From assembly GCA_031359875.1 (NCBI GenBank), contig JANMAO010000187.1, forward strand, positions 19,208 through 83,207: a DNA stretch of 64,000 bases, given 5' to 3'. Every line of letters starts with the position of its first letter. The stretch's first letter is position 1. This DNA is from Lysobacter sp. Its GTDB lineage: Bacteria; Pseudomonadota; Gammaproteobacteria; Xanthomonadales; Xanthomonadaceae. Below are positions 57,895 to 64,000 of the stretch, in pieces. The notes under the pieces were generated by a model. That model was given only the letters and a program-made list of their open reading frames with translations, was not told where the DNA came from and did not search any database. A program made the translations under genes and the position numbers.

Positions 57895-59193
57895 ATGCAA
57901 CTAGAAACCATCGGCAAACGCGTATTCGCCTTCGGCTTGACGTGGATCGTCAAGCGAGATGGCGTGGCGGAAGACATCGAGACCACGCTAGGAGGTTCGG
58001 CGGATATTCGAGAGTCGATCATCTACCAGATCGCGGTCGACCATCCACGCAAAGGGAAGGCGGCGAAGGGAGACGATCGCGCTGCGGCATTGGCGCCGGA
58101 CGAAGGCGTCGTGGGTTTCTTCGTGGCCGAGAAGAAGATCAAGGGCGTGTGCTCGGCTGCGGCGGCGCTGACGCTACTGGGGCGCGATGGCCTCTATGTC
58201 GTGGATTTGGCGGACGACGCGTTCTGGTACTGCGGCATCCGCGGTGGCGTCGTCGTTCCGTCGACCGACCTGATCGGCCCTCCCGACAGCATCCGCGCCA
58301 ACGTCATGACGATGAGCGCCGGACTTGAGCTGCCTGTCTATGCCTCACCTGGCGTAGACATTCCAGGTAGTGAGCCATTTGACCTGGGTAAGGCGCTGAG
58401 CAAGACCAAAGCCAAGCCCCTTCGCCTCCTGTCGAGTGGCTCCAGGCGGCTTGTCCCTGTCCTGGTGATCGCCGCGATGGCTGGGCTTGGATTCTTCGGT
58501 TATCGCATGGCCTTTCCACCCCAGCCCAAGCTTTCTCCAGCGCAGCAGCAGGCCATCCTGCGCCAGAGCTACATCACGTCGGTGGCTGGCGCCGTGCATG
58601 CGTTGCCGATGTCAGCCACTTGGGTCTTGACTGCCTACAGTAGAGCAATCCGCACATTACCTCCGTTCGTCGCTGGCTGGACCTTGGAAGGCGTCACCTG
58701 CACTCCCTCGGAGTGTCACGGCATGTATGCCGTGACGAAGGATTCGCCCTTCGCGCTGTCCCCGCTGCTCGCCCGCTTCGGAACTTCCATCAAGGTGCTT
58801 CAGGACCGGCACAGCGCCGAGGTGACCTCGGCGATGAACACGCCCATCTACCCGATCACCGAACCGTTCCTTCGCAGCTTGCAGCCGAGTGCCGTGCCAT
58901 TACTTGACTGGGTGGGCGCCGTTCCGCTCGCGATGGGCGGAGCCTCAATCAGCAGCCAAGTGCTGGATAACAACCTCAGTATGAAGTTCGGCGCCGCCGC
59001 CGCCGGGATGCCTTCCTTGGTCATGGAGCAGGCGTCGGTCCAGGGTGATTTCTACCTCGACGGCATGGAATTGGGCGGCATTGTCGGCGCTGGTACGCGT
59101 GGCGGCTTCGTACCGATTCAGTTTTCCTGGTCCTTCGGTGACGGCCGTGTGCCGGCGACATGGCGCATGACATGGATGCGTATCCATGAGTGA
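57895..59193 (+). CDS. pilO: Type IVb pilus accessory protein PilO
   Basis: FAFGLTW, CSAAAAL, WYCGIRGGVV..DLIG, single TM, PFVAGW.LEGVTC. Confidence 0.8.
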   Translation: MQLETIGKRVFAFGLTWIVKRDGVAEDIETTLGGSADIRESIIYQIAVDHPRKGKAAKGDDRAAALAPDEGVVGFFVAEKKIKGVCSAAAALTLLGRDGLYVVDLADDAFWYCGIRGGVVVPSTDLIGPPDSIRANVMTMSAGLELPVYASPGVDIPGSEPFDLGKALSKTKAKPLRLLSSGSRRLVPVLVIAAMAGLGFFGYRMAFPPQPKLSPAQQQAILRQSYITSVAGAVHALPMSATWVLTAYSRAIRTLPPFVAGWTLEGVTCTPSECHGMYAVTKDSPFALSPLLARFGTSIKVLQDRHSAEVTSAMNTPIYPITEPFLRSLQPSAVPLLDWVGAVPLAMGGASISSQVLDNNLSMKFGAAAAGMPSLVMEQASVQGDFYLDGMELGGIVGAGTRGGFVPIQFSWSFGDGRVPATWRMTWMRIHE

Positions 59194-61112
59194 GCCCGTC
59201 CTCTTTTATGCCTACTCAACCGCATTTGCCCGAGCTGCAACTCATGAATGAAACCAATGTGCACATCCTGCCGGAAAACCGTATCCATCGGGCCTCCGTG
59301 CAGCCGCTGATGGCTCCGGCACGGCTGGGTGAGTTGCTGGTCGAGGCGGGATTGTTCTCGCATGACGGAATCGAGGTGCATGCCGCAGAGGCGCACCGCG
59401 CGGGCCTGAAGCTCGGCGAGTACCTGACCAGCAAGCACTTGATCACGCGGGGTGATCTCTACGAGGTCCTGCAAAAACTGCTGCGCTCGATCACGATCTG
59501 CACGGTGCGTGACCTTCCTGAGTGGGATGTCGTTCTCAACGACGCCGGCCAGCCGTTAGGCGGGCAGGATCGCCCCAAAGGAACGCTGTTACTGGCACTG
59601 AACAATGAGGTGGCCGGCAGCGCGCGCCGTGCTTTTTTGCTGACCACCGAAGCGGAAATGGGGAGTCATCGGTACGCGTCGCTCTACGCGAAGGTCACTG
59701 CGGAGGGTTATACGATCCGCGGGAAGCTCCTGGCGGAAGATCCGTCGGTTCTCGACGTGGTGATGTCCGAGTGGAACACGCGGCGAATGGTCGCTCAGGG
59801 GAAAAATGGCACGCTGTCGAGCGAGCTGCACAACCTTTGGGACAAGATCATCTACGACGCCTACAAGCTCGGCGCCAGTGACATTCACCTGTCAGCTGCA
59901 ATGGGGCGCGGCGAAGTTCGCTTCCGAATTCATGGCGACCTCGAGCCGCAGCCGATTTCGCTCACCGAAGAAGACGCTATGCAGCTGGCTTCTTCGATGT
60001 ACAACACGATGGTCGACAAGGGATCGACCGGCGACGGTTTCAATCCTCGGCTGACCCAGGATGCCGTCGTCACGCGATCCTTCCCGGAAGGCAGTTTGCG
60101 TTTGCGCTACGCGTGCTTGCCGGTCGAACCCAGCGGCGTCAATGTCACCTTGCGCCTCATTCCCATCGGCGTCACCACCAAGCCGAAAACGGCAGCTCAA
60201 TTGGGCTACTCGGCCGATCAGTGCGACATCTTGGATCGCATCTTTTCCCGCTCGAGCGGCCTGATTCTTTTCCTCGGCACGACCGGCTCGGGGAAATCGA
60301 CCAGCATGGCCAACATGCTCATGCAGCTGGTGAAGGAACGGCCCGGGAAGATTCTTCGCACAGTGGAGGAGCCGGTCGAGACCCGTATTTCCGGCGCCTC
60401 ACAGACTTCCTTTGTTCGCTCGAAAAAGGAAGCTAGCGAAGAGAAAAGCAACGTCTTTGTGGATGTGATGCGCGCGCTGATGCGCGCCGACCCGGATTAT
60501 CTGGCGGTGGGTGAGATCCGTGATCCAGATACAGCGGGCCTGGCCATCCAGGCGGTACGATCCGGTCACCTTTGCGTTTCGACGCTCCACGCGGATGGCG
60601 CGCCGCTTGCCTATGATCGCCTGGAAGGCATGGGAATCCCGCGCGCAGAAATAGCGAGCGTCGGGCTGGTCGCCGGATTGATCTATCAGCGCCTGGTGCC
60701 TGTGCTCTGCCCGCACTGCAGGGTCTCGACCGCGACGATCAAAAAAAACACCACGGGCGAGTATTCGGGAGTGTTGCGCCGGTTGGATCATTACCTTGAC
60801 GGCAAGCCTTCCGAGGACATCTTCTTCAGAAACGTGATGGGTTGCCCACATTGCGACAAGCGCGGCATCGTGGGTCGAACTGTCTGTGCAGAGATTCTGG
60901 TTCCCAAGCCGAGCATGTTGCGCGCGATCGCCGAGGGTGATTCGCGCTCGATTTGGAAGGCGTGGCGGGAAGGAATTGATGCGTCACGGCCAGACGTGAT
61001 GACCGGGCGCACGGCTTTCGAGCATGCGCTCTGGAAAATGTGCGAGGGCATCGTTTCTCCGCTCGATGTCGAGAAGGAGTTCAGATATTTGGACGAGCAG
61101 GTGTTCGAGTAA
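59190..61112 (+). CDS. pilQ: Type IV pilus assembly ATPase PilQ (GspE/PilB family) with N-terminal MshEN-like motif
   Basis: ASDIH, VRFRIHG, GTTGSGKST, TVEEPVE, MRADPD..VGEIRD, SGHL..STLHA, CPHC x2; RLGELLVEAGL..KLGEYL. Confidence 0.93.
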   Translation: MSPSSFMPTQPHLPELQLMNETNVHILPENRIHRASVQPLMAPARLGELLVEAGLFSHDGIEVHAAEAHRAGLKLGEYLTSKHLITRGDLYEVLQKLLRSITICTVRDLPEWDVVLNDAGQPLGGQDRPKGTLLLALNNEVAGSARRAFLLTTEAEMGSHRYASLYAKVTAEGYTIRGKLLAEDPSVLDVVMSEWNTRRMVAQGKNGTLSSELHNLWDKIIYDAYKLGASDIHLSAAMGRGEVRFRIHGDLEPQPISLTEEDAMQLASSMYNTMVDKGSTGDGFNPRLTQDAVVTRSFPEGSLRLRYACLPVEPSGVNVTLRLIPIGVTTKPKTAAQLGYSADQCDILDRIFSRSSGLILFLGTTGSGKSTSMANMLMQLVKERPGKILRTVEEPVETRISGASQTSFVRSKKEASEEKSNVFVDVMRALMRADPDYLAVGEIRDPDTAGLAIQAVRSGHLCVSTLHADGAPLAYDRLEGMGIPRAEIASVGLVAGLIYQRLVPVLCPHCRVSTATIKKNTTGEYSGVLRRLDHYLDGKPSEDIFFRNVMGCPHCDKRGIVGRTVCAEILVPKPSMLRAIAEGDSRSIWKAWREGIDASRPDVMTGRTAFEHALWKMCEGIVSPLDVEKEFRYLDEQVFE

Positions 61113-62224
61113 TGGCGCCCAAAAGCTCCGCACGCGGGCGTTTCCTCGACAAATCGGCCTTCAATCTGCGTAGGCGCTCCGAGTTCTACGCGGACATGGC
61201 GTCGTTCATGAGTGCGGATATCCCTCCGTTCCAGGCGCTGGTTCTGATGGAGGAGATTGCGCGCAAGCGCGCGAGCACGCGGCGTGTGGCAAATATCTAT
61301 CGCCACACGCTGCGCGCGATGCCTGGCGGCGCATCCATCGCCGTAGCTCTGTCCCCGTGGGTGCCTGGCAATGAGGCCGTGATGATGGTGGGCGCGGACT
61401 CTGCTGGCCCGATGGTTCTGCGCCAAGCCTTCTCGGAGATGGCCTCGCTTCTGGATCGCCAGCAAAAGGCCAAGAAAAAACTGTTCAAGACGTTTTTCAG
61501 CAACGGTGTATCGCTCGGCGCGATCGTTGGTGTGATGTATTTCATCATGAGCATGGTGGTTCCGCAGCTTCAGTCGTCCATCACGCCGGCCATGGCGTCG
61601 CAAATGAGCTTCGCTCCGATGTATTTCGCTTTCGGGCGGGCTTTCATCAACTACGGGGGGTTTGCTGGCATCGGCATCATCGCCCTGACTGCCTTGGTCA
61701 CCTGGTCGCTCGGTAACTGGTCGCGAAGCTATCGCTGGTGGAACCGTCGCTGGTTCGATGCTCATCTCATTCCGTGGACGCTTTATGCACGGACGCAGGC
61801 CACGTTCTTTCTGGCAACTACCTCCGCCATGATGCGGGCCGGCATCCCCCTGAAGACTGTGGCCACCGACATGGTGCCGTTTGCCTCGACATGGATGCGG
61901 ACCCACCTGCGCAAGCTTCTGCGTGACTTGGAGTCAGGGCGACCTGAGGTGGAAGCGTTGGGCGCCGGCATGCTGCCGCGGGACACGAGTGATCGACTGA
62001 AGATCTACGCGTTGATGAAGGATTTCACCGGAATCATGACGCGTCTGTCGAACGACAATTTCGTTGTGTTCGAGGAATCCATCGACCAGATCAGCGCGGT
62101 TCTTCAGCTCATTTCGCTGCTGATGCTCGCTGCTTTCGCTGCCTCCACCCTGATCGCGATATTCGACTACTCCCGCGCGCTTCAGGCGTCGGTGAGTGCG
62201 GTACGCAGTTCCGCTGGCGGATAG
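61112..62224 (+). CDS. pilR: Type IV pilus platform protein PilR (GspF family)
   Basis: Three TM segments; MRAGIPL; follows the ATPase. Confidence 0.85.
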   Translation: MAPKSSARGRFLDKSAFNLRRRSEFYADMASFMSADIPPFQALVLMEEIARKRASTRRVANIYRHTLRAMPGGASIAVALSPWVPGNEAVMMVGADSAGPMVLRQAFSEMASLLDRQQKAKKKLFKTFFSNGVSLGAIVGVMYFIMSMVVPQLQSSITPAMASQMSFAPMYFAFGRAFINYGGFAGIGIIALTALVTWSLGNWSRSYRWWNRRWFDAHLIPWTLYARTQATFFLATTSAMMRAGIPLKTVATDMVPFASTWMRTHLRKLLRDLESGRPEVEALGAGMLPRDTSDRLKIYALMKDFTGIMTRLSNDNFVVFEESIDQISAVLQLISLLMLAAFAASTLIAIFDYSRALQASVSAVRSSAGG

Positions 62225-62370
62225 CCATCCTTTTTGACGCCTACTGTACGAAAGGCAGCCTATCGAAAATTAGAAAGGGGGTGTGACGCCCATCACAAAA
62301 TAGCGATACTATGAAGTGCAACGACAACAACCAAACCGTTATTTTATTTCCTACAGAGGAGACCGAAACT

Positions 62371-62940
62371 GTGAATAATACGCACCGTTTTCATGGCCGC
62401 CGCATCGGCCCGAACAAGCAAAAAGGTCAGTCGTTGATCGAGTACGTGATCTACATCGGCTTGGCCGCTCTCGTGCTTAGCGGCATCATCTATTTTGCTA
62501 CCTCCGGCCGGCGCAATACCGCCGTGCAAAATGAGGCGAGCACGCTGACCTCGATCGTTGGCGCGACACAGAAACTGTACAACTCCGATCCGAACGCGTA
62601 TGCCAACGTCACCGCCACCGCTTTGATCAACAATGGCGTCATCCCATCGTCGGATGTGGTCAATGGCGCGATGGTGTCGGGATTTGGCACGCCGATTACG
62701 GTCGCTCCAGCCACGTTGTACAACGCCAATGATGCTGTCGCGTTTACCATCGGTACCCCCCCGGACGATTGCTCTGGGTTTGTGCAGGCGGTCGCTTCTG
62801 ATTTCGCTCAGATCACCATCGGCGGCCAGATGGTCAAAGACGTGACGTCCAATACCGCGCTGTCTGCTGCCGCCCTGGGTACCCGATGCACGAGTACCGG
62901 TGGCGGAAACGTCCCGATCATCTTTACCGCCACGCGGTAA
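62371..62940 (+). CDS. pilS: Type IVb major prepilin PilS
   Basis: GAGGAG RBS; KQKG|QSLIEYVIYIGLAALVLSG; two Cys; PilS-type C-terminus. Confidence 0.88.
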   Translation: MNNTHRFHGRRIGPNKQKGQSLIEYVIYIGLAALVLSGIIYFATSGRRNTAVQNEASTLTSIVGATQKLYNSDPNAYANVTATALINNGVIPSSDVVNGAMVSGFGTPITVAPATLYNANDAVAFTIGTPPDDCSGFVQAVASDFAQITIGGQMVKDVTSNTALSAAALGTRCTSTGGGNVPIIFTATR

Positions 62941-62957
62941 CCGGAAGGCAACGCGTG

Positions 62958-64000
62958 ATGCGTACTCCAAAGCAGCAACGTGGCCAGATGCTGATCGGTG
63001 TCGTCCTTGCGACGGCACTGCTCGGCCTGGCGTTTGCCGCGCTCTTTTCGTATGAGCGCAACGAGCGTCTGAACGATCTGGCCAGCCAGGAGGGTGCGGC
63101 GCTCGCGCAGTTTGCTGTCGGCATCCGTGGATTCATCGCGAGCGTGCAGGGTGGCAGCCAAACCATGCCGGGCAACCCCTACACAACTACTGGCGTGAAC
63201 TGGCTCAAGCCGGCCGTGTGCGGCGGCTTGGCCACCAATCCCACGCAGGGCTACGTTCCGTGCAGTTACGACGGGGGTCCACTTGGCGCCACATACTCGA
63301 CCACCCTCACTCAAACGCCGGCGACAAACACGATCGAATCGCGGACGTCATTCTTCGTCCCGGTGTATGGCGACGATGCCGGATCGCGTGGGGTGATGGC
63401 GGCGAAGGTGGCTGTTGCGACGATGTCGCAGCAGACGCTGCCCAGTAATGGCACTTTCCTGACCGCCTTCGCCAACTCTCCAGTCACTGCGAACGCGCCC
63501 GTCACGGCCGCGGCCATCAATCCGGCCGATCGTGGTCGCGTGCTACTCGTTGCCAACAACTCGCCGAGCAACGACGTCTTCCTTCGTGTGGACGGCACCA
63601 ATCAAATGCTTGCTGATTTGAACATGGGGACCCACTCGATCAAGAACGCCCAAGACGGCAGTTTTGCCGGAAATGTTCGGGCGCAGGGGTCTGTGCAAAT
63701 CGACAACGGATTGTCCGTGACAAGCGGCACAGCGGATTTGCATGGAGGCGTGATCACGCCCGACGTTCAGGTGACCAGTGTCAGCCACATGGCATCGCAG
63801 GCACTTTACGATGCGCAAATCTACTCGGGCCAGACGTCCTACGTCATACCTAAACCGAATTGCACTCAGGCCAATCTTGGCAGCAGCCAGCCAGCCATCT
63901 ACGTCGCGATGCAGGGCACCGGTTCCCCGGCATCCAGCGGCGGTGGTGACGCCTTGTATGAAGCGCACGCCACTGTCACTTCCTCGGGCAGCAACTGGAT
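62958..64000 (+). CDS. pilV: PilV-like minor pilin/adhesin (runs off window end)
   Basis: MRTPKQQRG|QMLIGVVLA prepilin-like N-terminus; FLRVDGTNQMLADLNMG; IPKPNC motif typical of PilV; open to the window end. Confidence 0.8.
   Translation, partial: MRTPKQQRGQMLIGVVLATALLGLAFAALFSYERNERLNDLASQEGAALAQFAVGIRGFIASVQGGSQTMPGNPYTTTGVNWLKPAVCGGLATNPTQGYVPCSYDGGPLGATYSTTLTQTPATNTIESRTSFFVPVYGDDAGSRGVMAAKVAVATMSQQTLPSNGTFLTAFANSPVTANAPVTAAAINPADRGRVLLVANNSPSNDVFLRVDGTNQMLADLNMGTHSIKNAQDGSFAGNVRAQGSVQIDNGLSVTSGTADLHGGVITPDVQVTSVSHMASQALYDAQIYSGQTSYVIPKPNCTQANLGSSQPAIYVAMQGTGSPASSGGGDALYEAHATVTSSGSNW

Larger units (their letters stand above)
1..64000. mobile_element. Segment of a conjugative plasmid/ICE (VirB-type T4SS, type IVb pilus, leading-region cargo)
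   Basis: Near-complete virB/trb and pil loci, TA system, radC, MTase, primase and HU, with no housekeeping gene context. Boundaries lie outside the window. Confidence 0.88.

Overview
GC-rich 64 kb segment of a conjugative element (plasmid or ICE), probably from a Xanthomonadales-type host. The host guess rests on the LpxH and RpfC-like proteins. No replicon, relaxase, coupling protein or integrase is in the window. Left to right it holds: (i) accessory genes, including a degenerate TniB-like ATPase, a 904-aa helical protein, an AbiEi/AbiEii toxin-antitoxin pair and an SprT/Mpr protease; (ii) an orphan 3-repeat CRISPR mini-array at the point where a regulator gene is truncated; (iii) a tightly packed operon of a degenerate RpfC-like kinase, lpxH, a full RpfC-like sensor kinase and a lipoprotein; (iv) a ~15 kb co-directional phage-like or leading-region run (HAD nucleotidase, orphan IetA-like AAA, DNA methyltransferase, Gp37/68, DUF4326-macro-SLOG fusion, MmcB-like nuclease, HU, DnaG, HNH lipoprotein); (v) an AlbA/HATPase gene with a collapsed hsdR remnant, a PemK-like gene, radC and a highly structured non-coding region; (vi) a VirB/Trb type IV secretion locus followed by a type IVb pil locus whose ATPase carries an MshEN-like c-di-GMP motif. 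A 17-bp box (YGTTGCGY-N4-WWGTA) recurs in 8 intergenic regions, and in five of them it overlaps a predicted sigma70 promoter. All family calls come from motif recognition by eye, not database searches.
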